A stretch of 64,000 nt of DNA from Candidatus Acidiferrum sp. (GTDB lineage: Bacteria > Verrucomicrobiota > Verrucomicrobiia > Limisphaerales > UBA8199): the NCBI GenBank assembly GCA_035541055.1, contig DATKNZ010000297.1, forward strand, positions 46-64,045, given 5' to 3'. The translations under genes were made by a program, and so were the position numbers. The notes under the pieces are model-generated. The model searched no databases, was not told the DNA's origin, and saw only the letters and a list, made by a program, of their open reading frames with translations. The first letter of the stretch is position 1, and every line of letters starts with the position of its first letter. Below, one piece after another: positions 26,618 through 36,290 of this stretch.

Positions 26618-27317
26618 ACGCTTTGCAATCGGTTGCGGGTTTATCGGTGCGGACTCTGACAAGGCGCGCTTCCCTGAATTTGCCGCTCGCGTGCCGGCCA
26701 AGGGCGGAAATCTCTAGCACGTCGCCAAGCCGGATCCCGTCAAAGGCGGCGCGGCATGGCAGCCAGCCGCAATCTTCGCCGGCCAGGGCAAGCCGAATTG
26801 AGCCGCGCGCCATGTCCCGCTCTGCGGCGACGCAATCAAAGGTTTCGACGCGTTTCGCCTTAAACCATTGGCAGCCGTAGGGCGCGGAAAGCCGTTTCGC
26901 AACGCAGCCTTCAGCGCCAGCACGCAATACGGCTTGCAAGTAGTCGCCGCCGGGCTGTCCAGGGCGCGCCGCCGGAATGGGCCTTATCCAGTCAGGGAAA
27001 AGCGGTTGCAACGCCAGCAAGGCAGCTCTGCGCTCGCGTAGGGGCTGCCGTCGCAAGTCTTGGCCGTTGGCTTCCAACAGGTCAAAGGCGAAGTAGGCTT
27101 TGCCGACAAGCTCACCGTCCAGCGCGCAGCCGTCCAGCGTCGCCGGCAGCGGTCCCGGCAGTGGGTAGCGCAGGGCGCGGCCTCGCAATTCGCCAGCCGA
27201 GAGCAAGGCGCGCTTGCCGTCCGCCTTGGTTTCAAAAGTCCAGTCTGGCGATGCCTGCCAGCGCAAGGCGTCTGCCAGGGCGACGGGCTGCGGCGCGGGA
27301 AAGTCTTTGAAGCTCAC
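26610..27317 (-). CDS. Minimal ATP-dependent DNA ligase (about 235 aa)
   Basis: Motif I ETKADGKR, III LDGELV, IIIa FAFDLL, IV EGCVAKR, V WFKAKR, VI-like REARLVRVRTDK. The GTG at 27317 overlaps the integrase TGA (GTGA). Confidence 0.8.
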   Translation of the reverse strand: MSFKDFPAPQPVALADALRWQASPDWTFETKADGKRALLSAGELRGRALRYPLPGPLPATLDGCALDGELVGKAYFAFDLLEANGQDLRRQPLRERRAALLALQPLFPDWIRPIPAARPGQPGGDYLQAVLRAGAEGCVAKRLSAPYGCQWFKAKRVETFDCVAAERDMARGSIRLALAGEDCGWLPCRAAFDGIRLGDVLEISALGRHASGKFREARLVRVRTDKPATDCKAYA

Positions 27318-28600
27318 TGCGCGGCCTCCGTTTTCAGGGCGACTACGTTTTCCGGCTGCTCTGGCGCAACGGCAAACCAAGCTATTGCGGCCTCGGGCTT
27401 CACAAGCTCGCGGTAGTGGCGGAAAACCACGGCGGGCGAGTTTCCGGCTTCAAGCGCAACCTGAGCGGCGTTTTGAATTGCGGCCAGCCGGTAGCTAATG
27501 AATGAATGGCGAAGCCCGTTGTCCTTCCAGGGCGTTGCGGCAGCCTTCACCGTTTCGGCGCGCACGTCTCGCAGGTCATTGTCCGTGCGCTTCCAGACTT
27601 TGCCCTTTTGATTGGCGTAGCTTGCGAGCCATGCGGCCAGGTTTGGCAGGATTGGCACAAGCCGCCGGCTGCGAGTCTTGGCCTTTTCGCCCGAGACGTG
27701 AATAAAGCCGCCAGACAGGTCTATGTCCTTCCATTCCAGCCGCTCAATTTCAGCCGTCCGCAAGCCGGCGAAAGCGCCAAGGGCCACAACCGGCAGAAAC
27801 TCCATTGACGCGGCCTTGAGCAAGTCGGCAATTTCCTTTGGGGTGTAAATCTCGATTGCGCCGCCGTTGGCTGTAATGTGTTCCACGTCCTCAACCGGAT
27901 TGCCGCCCTTGAAGATGTAGCCGCGCGACTCGGCAAAGTTAAATAGGGTGCCAAGCAGGGTGCGGAAATTCTTGGCCGTCTGCGGCGCGACTTTCAGGCC
28001 GTCAATCCAGCGTTGCACGTCCGCCGTTGTCACGCTGGAAATGTCCACGGCGTAATCTTTGGCAAATCGGCTCAGCCGGGCGGACAGGTCGCCAAGGTAG
28101 CGGGCGGACTTGCCGCGCGCGCGCTTGGCCTCAATAAGCTCGGTCACAACCTCAGGCACGCCGCGCGGCGTTACGCTGTCCGCGCCGTGCCGCTTGAAAA
28201 AGGTTGCGGCTTCAATCATCCGATCGCCGCCGAGTATTTCAACGCACTTGGCGACTGTGCCGGCGGCAACCTCCAAAGCCATGCCGGGCGGCAGCAATTC
28301 AACGGCGCGGCCATAGCTGGCAGCCTGGGCGTTTGTCATGCTGGCGGCGGTGGTCTGGCCGGTGCTTATTTGCCCGGCCAGCCTTTCGGCCAGGGCCAGG
28401 GCTTTAGCGTGCTTCGTGGTATCGTGGAAGCTGCGCTTGCCGGTGGTGTAATCCTCAACCTGAAAAACAGTGTAGTCCTTTTCGGCTGTGCTGCCGTCCC
28501 TTCGTTTGCTCTTGATGGTCTTTTGGCGGCGGTATATCTTCACCGCTACGTTGCCGATTTTGACAATTTCAGGTTTCCGGCCCTTGCGCTTAGTTGTCAT
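27314..28600 (-). CDS. int: Tyrosine recombinase / phage-type integrase
   Basis: GLRTAEIERLEWKDIDL, GLRHSFISY, AVVFRHYRELV (catalytic Tyr context). N-terminal SAM-like/arm-binding region. The ATG at 28600 is preferred because the longer ORF would abut the tRNA. Confidence 0.9.
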   Translation of the reverse strand: MTTKRKGRKPEIVKIGNVAVKIYRRQKTIKSKRRDGSTAEKDYTVFQVEDYTTGKRSFHDTTKHAKALALAERLAGQISTGQTTAASMTNAQAASYGRAVELLPPGMALEVAAGTVAKCVEILGGDRMIEAATFFKRHGADSVTPRGVPEVVTELIEAKRARGKSARYLGDLSARLSRFAKDYAVDISSVTTADVQRWIDGLKVAPQTAKNFRTLLGTLFNFAESRGYIFKGGNPVEDVEHITANGGAIEIYTPKEIADLLKAASMEFLPVVALGAFAGLRTAEIERLEWKDIDLSGGFIHVSGEKAKTRSRRLVPILPNLAAWLASYANQKGKVWKRTDNDLRDVRAETVKAAATPWKDNGLRHSFISYRLAAIQNAAQVALEAGNSPAVVFRHYRELVKPEAAIAWFAVAPEQPENVVALKTEAAQ

Positions 28601-28694
28601 GCTGTTAAATGTCGCAAATATGTCGGAAAATGTCAACAGCGGATTGAAAATATTTTCGGCAACCTGCAAACCAGTCAATGTTTGCAAGGGGTTT

Positions 28695-28787
<93 letters not shown>

Positions 28788-28927
28788 ACCTCCAACAGCA
28801 TGCCGCATTTCCGCATACATCCAGCTTGCAACCGACGGCCGCCGTCCGTGCTCCGCCGATCCGAGCCAGTACAAGCCTCCGGCTCAACTGACGAATGGGG
28901 ATAAAGCCTCACCGTGGCCGGCGCCGT

Positions 28928-29329
28928 TTAGGCGGACTCCAGCTCAGCGATGAGTTTAGGCAGGAGCGCGTCCTTGGAGTAGCGCTCCGTTGCGGCCGCC
29001 AAGGGTGGGCGACTGCTCAGTGCACCATCATGGCGAAAATGCTGAATCACCTCGATCACCCGGTTCACGTCGCCGTGAGCGGCTCGGGCGCACCGGGCCT
29101 CTTTCCCAAGAGAGTCGAGGATTTCTGAGACGTGGCTTAGCTCTGGGCCAATGTAGAGCACGGGGGCGGCGACGACTAAAACGTTGTAAACTTTACAAGG
29201 ATGGCCCAGGAGGCGTGAGAGCTCGACGAACAGCTCGATGACCTCGGTTTGCAGGGGGTCAAGTCCAGCCCCCGGCTGGCTGGGGACTGTACCCGATCCC
29301 GGTCGCTTCGTCTCGACGGCCAAGTTCAT
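28928..29329 (-). CDS. Hypothetical protein (function unknown)
   Basis: ORF in a lower-GC patch just beyond the tRNA. ATG at 29329 (MNLAVETK..). No convincing motif. Confidence 0.3.
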   Translation of the reverse strand: MNLAVETKRPGSGTVPSQPGAGLDPLQTEVIELFVELSRLLGHPCKVYNVLVVAAPVLYIGPELSHVSEILDSLGKEARCARAAHGDVNRVIEVIQHFRHDGALSSRPPLAAATERYSKDALLPKLIAELESA

Positions 29330-29543
29330 GGGCGGGATTGTAGCAGGCGGTATAATGAGTTCAATAGAAAATGAACAGTATGTTCTCCGTTTCCGGTTCC
29401 ATTTTCGCCCGGTGAACAGAGCCGGGTGTTCGGGCATCGGGACTGATGTTCCAGCCAAAGCTCCCGCAGATGGACCTGGAGTTGTGGGACCAATGGGCAC
29501 TTTTGCGGGCGGGGGCGCCAGGCTTCCACCTAATGCGTCCGGC

Positions 29544-32195
29544 CTAATCGTCGTCCTGGTCGCTGGGGCGGGCGAAGACGAAAGCGGCGTGGAGGGGGGC
29601 GGGCATGGGGGAATCCGCGCCGTGAACCGATCGCCAGATGATCTCGTTCAAGACAAGGTCGTCCGCGGCGTCCTCCCTTGAGAAGTCCATCCTGCGCGAG
29701 GCGCGGCTGCCCCAGGCCAGGGGGCTGTTGCGCTCGTCCAGGTCCACGTTGGGCGGCAGGGCGTCGTAGGGCCGCAGGTCGGGGGTGGGTTGGAAGGCGT
29801 TGAAGGCCGGGGTGGCGGCGGCATCGAACTGGGACATGGGCTCGAGCCCGAGGATAAGCTCGATGGTGTGCAGGACGCTGCTGGTGGAATACATGGTGGA
29901 ATCCACGGCGTGCCGGCGCGCGTAAGGGCTGACGATAAACGCCATGCTCCGGTGCGCGTCCACGTGGTCGGGGCCGTTTTGGGCGTCGTCTTCGAGGATG
30001 AAGATGGCGGTTTGGGGCCAGAACTTTGAGTGAGTGACTCCGTCCACCAGCAGGCCCAAGCCGCGATCGTTGTCGGCGATGAGTGCGCGCGGGGTCCATC
30101 GGCCCGGCAGGGTGCCGCAGGTGTGGTCGTTGGGCAGGCGAACGATCTGCAGGCGGGGCATATCGCCCTCGGCCTCGAACCGGCCCAACTCCTCGAGGAA
30201 CCGCTCCGCCCGCTTCACATCGCGGTAATTGGTGTCGAAGCAGTGATACCAGGGATCAAAGTGCCCTTGCAGTGCGGCCACGCGGGTGTGGTTGGGGTCT
30301 TTGGCCGTCTTGCCGGGGTAGATGAACTCGCCGTAGCTGCGGTAGCTTACCCCGGCTTCGCGGGCGCGGTCCCAGAGGTAACCGTTGGCCGGCTCGGCGA
30401 TGGCGAAGAGCCCCTCCGACGGGAACGGATACTTGCCGCTGCCGTTGTGGCCGTATTGGAAGCGCCACGTCTTTTCCACGAAATCCGTGGCATAGGCTCC
30501 CATGGACCATTCGTGGCCCTGGGCGCTGACTTCGGCTTCCACATAGAAGTTGTCCAGCAGGACGAACTCGCGCGCCAGCTTGTGGTGGTTGGGAGTGACG
30601 TGGTCGGGGAACAAGCAAAGGCCAGGGTCGCCGTTGCCTTGCGGCAGGTCGCCCAGGATTTGGTCGTAGGTGCGGTTCTCCTTAATGACGTAGATGACGT
30701 ATTTGATAGGGGTTGGCGTGCCCGGGCGGATAGGGACGGGGTTGCCTAAAGTGATGGGGCCGGCCGCGGCCGCCGGCCGTGGCGTGCACTGGTAGGCTTG
30801 TGCGGTGTAGGCGGCAAGCTGCGCGGGGAACTCTTTATCGGACGGGAGGTCAATGATGCTCAGCGCGCCAGGGAATAGTTCCTTGATGAACTGGGTGCCT
30901 TGCTCGGGGCCAGTCGGCTGGGGTCCTTTCGGGTTGGCTTTGGAACAGAGTCCTTTGGCATCGGCCACGAGCAGGCGTTTGCCGTCCGGGGTCACGCGCA
31001 CGGACGTCGGATACCATCCCACGGGGATGAAGCCGAGCGACCGGCTTTTGCCGGGCGTGCTGACGTTGAACACTGCCACGTTATTGTTGCAGGCGTTGGC
31101 CACAAAGAGCCTGGTATCGTCGGGCGACAGGGCCAGGCTGTTGGGCATCGAGCCTGGGAGCGCGTTCGGAGAGAGGGACGCGTCGAGCGTCTCGACGGCC
31201 TTGCCGGTGGAGGTGTCGAGGACGGTGACGGTGTTATGGTTGGCGTTGGCGACGAAGAGGATGTGGCCGGAGCGGTTCAGCACCATTTCGTTGGGATGCT
31301 GGCCCGTGGCCCATCGTGCGACCACCTGGTTCGAGTTGAGGTCAACGACGGCCACACAGGAGCGGCCCCACAGGCTGACATAGAGCCGCCGCCGTTTCTC
31401 GTCCAAGCGGCAGGCGTAAGGGAACGGCGCGTCCGGCGCCGTGGGGTCGAGGGGGGCCCGGGCCCGTTTGGTGATGGCCGCCAGCTCCGGATCCATGGCC
31501 TTGGTCTGCTCGAAGGCCGAGCTCGAGCCACAGGCGGTGGGCGACAGCAAAATGTCCACGCGGTTAGTGCGCCCGGCCAGGTCCATGAGCGAGATGGACT
31601 GCCCCCACACGTTGGCGACGTACAGGCTCCGCTCGTCGCGCGAGAGCGCGAGCCCGCATGGAATGCCGCGCTGCCGCGCCTCCCGGACGCGCAGAGAGGC
31701 GTTCGCCGCCAGGCTGCCGTCCTTGAAATCGAATACACGGATGACCTCGTCCGCCGCGCCGCTGCAGTAAAGCCGGGCGCCGTTGTGAGAGAACTCCAGG
31801 CCGTAGAACGCCTCCGGCACCGGGGTGCGCGAGACGACCCTTGCCTCACGAATGTCCACAAGGGCGATCTCATGCCGTCCGTGGCCGCAGTGCAGGACCG
31901 CGGCGAAGCGCCCGCCGGGATGGAGCGCAATGTTTACCGGAAAGTCGCCAAGCGGGACCTGGTGCCCGGCGGGTCGCAGGGACCACTGGTTCGGGAGCAG
32001 CACCGACCCGTCCGCGCGGCAGCCGGGCAGGATCACGGTGGCGGGGTTATGGGTGATGGGCGATGCAGAGTTGGGCTGCGCCGGCGGCTGATGCTCCGGG
32101 GCTTGAGGGAGCTGGCGGGCGAGCGCGGACAGGGTGGCAAACACGATGCCGCAGCAGAGGACGTTGCGCAGCGGGGCTGTGAAGAGCCGGGTCAT
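29544..32195 (-). CDS. Secreted fusion protein: N-terminal beta-propeller (YncE/lactonase-like repeats) + C-terminal phosphoesterase (phospholipase C / AcpA family)
   Basis: Signal-like MTRLFTAPLRNVLCCGIVFATLSALA. Repeated ...LYVAN/LFVAN... blades. IKYVIYVIKENRTYDQILGDL and the downstream HxW / DAH motifs of the phosphoesterase family. The ATG at 32195 is preceded by AGGAGG. Confidence 0.7.
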   Translation of the reverse strand: MTRLFTAPLRNVLCCGIVFATLSALARQLPQAPEHQPPAQPNSASPITHNPATVILPGCRADGSVLLPNQWSLRPAGHQVPLGDFPVNIALHPGGRFAAVLHCGHGRHEIALVDIREARVVSRTPVPEAFYGLEFSHNGARLYCSGAADEVIRVFDFKDGSLAANASLRVREARQRGIPCGLALSRDERSLYVANVWGQSISLMDLAGRTNRVDILLSPTACGSSSAFEQTKAMDPELAAITKRARAPLDPTAPDAPFPYACRLDEKRRRLYVSLWGRSCVAVVDLNSNQVVARWATGQHPNEMVLNRSGHILFVANANHNTVTVLDTSTGKAVETLDASLSPNALPGSMPNSLALSPDDTRLFVANACNNNVAVFNVSTPGKSRSLGFIPVGWYPTSVRVTPDGKRLLVADAKGLCSKANPKGPQPTGPEQGTQFIKELFPGALSIIDLPSDKEFPAQLAAYTAQAYQCTPRPAAAAGPITLGNPVPIRPGTPTPIKYVIYVIKENRTYDQILGDLPQGNGDPGLCLFPDHVTPNHHKLAREFVLLDNFYVEAEVSAQGHEWSMGAYATDFVEKTWRFQYGHNGSGKYPFPSEGLFAIAEPANGYLWDRAREAGVSYRSYGEFIYPGKTAKDPNHTRVAALQGHFDPWYHCFDTNYRDVKRAERFLEELGRFEAEGDMPRLQIVRLPNDHTCGTLPGRWTPRALIADNDRGLGLLVDGVTHSKFWPQTAIFILEDDAQNGPDHVDAHRSMAFIVSPYARRHAVDSTMYSTSSVLHTIELILGLEPMSQFDAAATPAFNAFQPTPDLRPYDALPPNVDLDERNSPLAWGSRASRRMDFSREDAADDLVLNEIIWRSVHGADSPMPAPLHAAFVFARPSDQDDD

Positions 32196-32593
32196 ATCAG
32201 CCTCCTGCCGCACCGGCAGGAGCGGTGGCGGCGAGGGGTCCGCAGGGCGTCAATTGCATTGCGACGGCATGGCATCGTGCCGAGCCAGCATGAAGCGGGC
32301 TGGCAGGGGTGTCGCGGGCATGGCGTGCCAAAATAGGGGGATAATCGTGCCAAGCCGGTCTCCTTGCTCCAGATACTCTGTCCTCCACTTTGTCTTCCAG
32401 TTTCCGGCGAATCAGGAAGACAAAGTGCGGGACAAATTTATGGAGCAAAGTGGCAGGCAGCAGGTTTCGGCTGGACGGCACGAGCCGGAACGATTCAATA
32501 TCCTGGCGCATGACAGGCCCTCGCACGGACCGATCATATGGCGCGCGCCGGCTCGCCTGCTGAGCCAAAGCCTTTTAGTCAGGCAGAACTGAC

Positions 32594-35500
32594 ATGAGCC
32601 GGTTCACCCCCTTGCTTGTTTCGCTGGCCGCGATTGCTTTTGCGTGGGGTAGCGCGGGCGCATCGGCAGATCAAAACGGGCAGCCGGTGGCGCGCGTGGT
32701 GCGGCAATATGCGCTGACTTCGGCAAATGATTTCCCGCAGCGCGATCCGCGAGACTGGCAGCTTTTGGGGTCAAACGACGGAGGCAGCACCTGGACTACA
32801 CTGGATGTCCGCAAAGGTGAACTTTTCGGGCAGCGACACCAGCGGCGGCTTTTCAAGGTGGCAGACTCGCGGCCTTTCAATGTGTATCGCCTCCAGATTG
32901 AGCGGGTGCGCAATCCGGCAGTGGCGGATTGCGTCCAACTGGCCGAGCTCGAGCCACTCGGCGCCACCGAGGACGATTTGGAGCCCGCGCCGCTGCCGGA
33001 GGACCTCATCACCGCGCAGGAGGACAACCCGCCGCTGGAGACGCGCTGGAAGGTATTCGATGGGCGGGTCGAGACCAAATGGCTGGACCATGCGGCGCGC
33101 AACTCGGCCACACGGGCTTCGTGGATCCAATGGCAATACACGAGTCCGGCGGACCTGGTGATTACGAATGTGGGCCGGCTGCTGGCGTTACGCAACCGTG
33201 CGGGCCGGGGCTATGCCGTGCGGATCGAGGGGGTGGTGGCCGGTCGGCTGCCGAGCCCGAATGCATGGTGCCTTTGGGATACGACAGGAGCGTTGGAACT
33301 GCCCGCGGGTGCGGATGGCGAACCATTATTCCCGGGTGAGCGCGTGCTGGTCGAAGGGCGAAGCGAGTGGACGAATGGCGCGGTGGGGATCAGCCGGCGC
33401 GAATACCGCAACCTGGGAGGCAAGATTGCAGCGAAGCCGAAGCCCATCATGCCGGAACAGCCCATGGCGCCCGAGGACGACCTCCAATGGGTGCAGGCGG
33501 AGGGCCGAATCCAATTCTGCTCGTGGACGGATAACCACTGGGTGTTGGAGCTGGCTGAGAATGGGCGCAGCCTCGCGGTCTACGTGCTGCACTCGCAAGC
33601 AACGCAGAGCCCTCCCGCGTCCGGTGCGCTGGTGAGGGTGACCGGGATTTGCGGAGGCCTGCTCAACGGCGCGGGCGAGCGGGTGGCGGCGACGCTGTGG
33701 GCGCCTTCGCTGGAGGCCATCCAGCCGGTGGCCCCAGGGAGCGCTTGGACGAATGCGCCCGTAAGCCCGCAGTCGGTGCCCGGCACGAACGTGACCGCGT
33801 TGCTGACGAGCATCGAGCAAATCCGCCGCCTCCGCCCGGAGGAACTCCTGCGCCATCCCAGAGTCAGGGTGCGCGGCGTGGTGACGGAGCTGTTCGGCGC
33901 TTACATCCAGGAGGGCGCGGCCGGCGTGGAGGTGTGGTATGCCGGCCAGCCCGGGGCGACGTCTCCCAGGTTCCGTTCCTGCGTGGAGGTCGAGGCGCGG
34001 GGTGACTGGGCGAACGGCCACGGCCCGATCATTCGCGCCGAGCGCGTAACCGTTCTGGGACCGGGCAAGCTGCCTGAGCCGGAGCGCAGCACCTGGAGCG
34101 AATTGGCCAGCGGACGCATGGTGGACCAGTGGGTGGAGATCGAGGCGGTGGTCCACTCGACGGATGGGTCGCACCTGCTGCTCAACAGCGAAGGCGGGCA
34201 GTTCATGGCGACCATTCGCGCGGCCCCGGCACCCGCGGTCCGCAAGCTGGTGGATGCCACGGTCCGGATTCGCGGCGTATGTGTCGCGGCCACCGACAGC
34301 CGGGGCCGCATGCAGGGGATTCAGTTGCTGGTGCCGTCGCTGGAATGCGTGGAGGTGGCCCAGGTGCCGGCGGAGCCATTTGCGCTGCCGGTCCTGCCCA
34401 TCGGCAGCCTGCTGCAGGTGCGAGGGCCGCAGGAGTTTATCCATCGCGTGCGGGTGCGGGGCGTGCTGACTTACCGCGAGGACCGCCGGTACTTTCTGCA
34501 GGATGCCACCGGCGGCGCGATGGCAGTGCCGCAGGAGGAGGTGGTGCTCAACATGCCTGCCGGCGGGTGGAGCTGGATGTTCGGCCAAAGCGCCGGCAGC
34601 AGCGCGACGCCGCCCGAGGAGTTGCAGTTGGAGCGCGGCGACCACCTCGAGGTGGTGGGTTTCCCCGAGATGCGGGGCTACTCGCCCGTGCTGACCGAGG
34701 TGCTGGTGCGCAAGGTCACGAGCACCAATACCGTGGCGCCGGTGAAGGCGACGGTTAAGGACATCGTGGGCGGCGGGCTCGATGCCACGCTCGTGACCAT
34801 GGAGGCAGTCGTGCTGCGGCAGGAGACGGTCGGTGAGCATTGTGTGCTGGAGCTGCAGTCGGGCGAGCGGGCCTTCCAGGCGTTGCTGCCGGCCAAGGGC
34901 AGGCGGGCGCCGGCCATTGCGCCGGGCAGCCGGGTGCGGCTTACGGGCATCTGTCAGGTGGAGCCCGCGCCCTTCAGCGAGCTGGGACGGCGCATGGCGT
35001 CGTTCAAGCTGATGGTCGGGTCCCTGGCGGATCTGGTGGTGCTGGAGCGGCCGTCATGGTGGACTTTGAAGCGGGCGCTGGTGGTGGCGGGGGCGTTGCT
35101 GGTAGTGCTGGCGATTGCGGGCGGGTGGATCGGCATACTGCGCCGGCAGGTCGAGGAACGCACCCGGCAGTTGCAGCAGGAAATCGCCGAGCACGAGAAG
35201 ACGGAGGCGCGGCTGGGGGAGGAGACGCGTCGGGTGCAGGCCGAAATTCAGGAGCGCCGCCGCATAGAGGCGGAGGTGGAGAAGGGCCACAAGCAACTGG
35301 TCAAGGCCTCGCGGCTGGCCGGCATGGCGGAGGTGGCCACCAGTGTGCTCCACAACGTCGGCAACGTGTTGAACAGCGCCAACGTGCTCGGGTCTGCAAT
35401 CCAGGAGCAGGTGCAGCGTTCCAAGGCGCCCAGCGTGGGGCGGCTGGCGGCGCTGCTGGGTGAGCACCGCGCCGAGCTGGGCCGGTTTGTGACCGAGGAT

Positions 35501-36160
35501 GGGCGCGGCCAGCAGTTGCCCGGCTACGTCGAGCGGCTGGCGGGCCACCTCGAGAAGGAGCAGGAGCAGTTGCTCGACAAAACCAAGGCCCTGACCGAGA
35601 GCCTCCAGCATATCAAAGAGATTGTGGCCATGCAGCAGAGCTACGCCCGGGTGTTCGGAGTGCTGGAAAGGGTGTCGTTGGCCGAGGTCGTTGAGGACGC
35701 GCTGCGCATGCACCACGAAGCGATGGCGCGGCACCAGATTCAGGTGGTGCGGGATTACCAGGACGTGCCGGCGGTTACCGCTGACCGTCATAAGGTGCTG
35801 CAGGTTCTTTTCAACCTGCTGGAAAACGCCAAGTACGCCTGCGAGGACAGCGCCAAGCCGGAGAAACAGGTCACGGTGACCCTCCACCAAAACGGCGCGG
35901 GGCGAATCCAGGTGAGCGTGGGAGACAACGGGATAGGCATCCCGGCCGAGAACCTCACGAGGATCTTCGTGCAGGAGTTCTCCACTCGCAAGGGCGGGCA
36001 TGGGTTCGGCCTGCACAGCAGCCTGCTTACGGCGCAGGAAATGGGCGGTAGCCTCCGAGCCAACAGTGATGGCCCGGGCAAGGGAGCTGTGTTCGTGCTG
36101 GAGTTGCCTGCGAGCGCCAGGGACATGACGAATGACCCAGGCCAAATGACGAAGCAATGA
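32594..36160 (+). CDS. Sensor histidine kinase with an about 800-aa extracytoplasmic region
   Basis: Signal peptide. Discoidin/F5-8-like N-terminal segment (DWQLLGSNDGGSTW...YRLQI). Single TM WWTLKRALVVAGALLVVLAIAGGWIGIL, then a coiled coil. H-box-like ATSVLHNVGNVLNS. ATPase boxes LFNLLENAKYA, DNGIGIP, GGHGFGLH. Confidence 0.85.
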   Translation: MSRFTPLLVSLAAIAFAWGSAGASADQNGQPVARVVRQYALTSANDFPQRDPRDWQLLGSNDGGSTWTTLDVRKGELFGQRHQRRLFKVADSRPFNVYRLQIERVRNPAVADCVQLAELEPLGATEDDLEPAPLPEDLITAQEDNPPLETRWKVFDGRVETKWLDHAARNSATRASWIQWQYTSPADLVITNVGRLLALRNRAGRGYAVRIEGVVAGRLPSPNAWCLWDTTGALELPAGADGEPLFPGERVLVEGRSEWTNGAVGISRREYRNLGGKIAAKPKPIMPEQPMAPEDDLQWVQAEGRIQFCSWTDNHWVLELAENGRSLAVYVLHSQATQSPPASGALVRVTGICGGLLNGAGERVAATLWAPSLEAIQPVAPGSAWTNAPVSPQSVPGTNVTALLTSIEQIRRLRPEELLRHPRVRVRGVVTELFGAYIQEGAAGVEVWYAGQPGATSPRFRSCVEVEARGDWANGHGPIIRAERVTVLGPGKLPEPERSTWSELASGRMVDQWVEIEAVVHSTDGSHLLLNSEGGQFMATIRAAPAPAVRKLVDATVRIRGVCVAATDSRGRMQGIQLLVPSLECVEVAQVPAEPFALPVLPIGSLLQVRGPQEFIHRVRVRGVLTYREDRRYFLQDATGGAMAVPQEEVVLNMPAGGWSWMFGQSAGSSATPPEELQLERGDHLEVVGFPEMRGYSPVLTEVLVRKVTSTNTVAPVKATVKDIVGGGLDATLVTMEAVVLRQETVGEHCVLELQSGERAFQALLPAKGRRAPAIAPGSRVRLTGICQVEPAPFSELGRRMASFKLMVGSLADLVVLERPSWWTLKRALVVAGALLVVLAIAGGWIGILRRQVEERTRQLQQEIAEHEKTEARLGEETRRVQAEIQERRRIEAEVEKGHKQLVKASRLAGMAEVATSVLHNVGNVLNSANVLGSAIQEQVQRSKAPSVGRLAALLGEHRAELGRFVTEDGRGQQLPGYVERLAGHLEKEQEQLLDKTKALTESLQHIKEIVAMQQSYARVFGVLERVSLAEVVEDALRMHHEAMARHQIQVVRDYQDVPAVTADRHKVLQVLFNLLENAKYACEDSAKPEKQVTVTLHQNGAGRIQVSVGDNGIGIPAENLTRIFVQEFSTRKGGHGFGLHSSLLTAQEMGGSLRANSDGPGKGAVFVLELPASARDMTNDPGQMTKQ

Positions 36161-36280
36161 CTAATGACGGCTAGCCCAGCCTCATTCCTGAGCGCCACCG
36201 AGCAACATTGGCGCATGGCCAACACCTTTGTCATTCGACATTCGCCATTCCTTCGTCATTTGGCCTTCGTCATTCGTCAT
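36125..36280. repeat. Family-E hairpin element (AATGACG / CGTCATT heptamer arms) spanning the kinase stop and the regulator upstream region
   Basis: Left arm atgacgaatgacccaggccaaatgacgaagcaatgactaatgac (36125-36168). Right arm gtcattcgacattcgccattccttcgtcatttggccttcgtcattcgtcat (36229-36280). The kinase tail ...DMTNDPGQMTKQ* is encoded by the left arm. Confidence 0.8.
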
Positions 36281-36290
36281 TAATCACGGC

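Noticed and set aside
28928-29500. The ORF next to the tRNA considered as a GbsR/MarR-type regulator or the remnant of a second island.
   Set aside because: Only a vague resemblance (…VIELFVELSRLLGHP…). There is no second att repeat or integrase. It is left as hypothetical.
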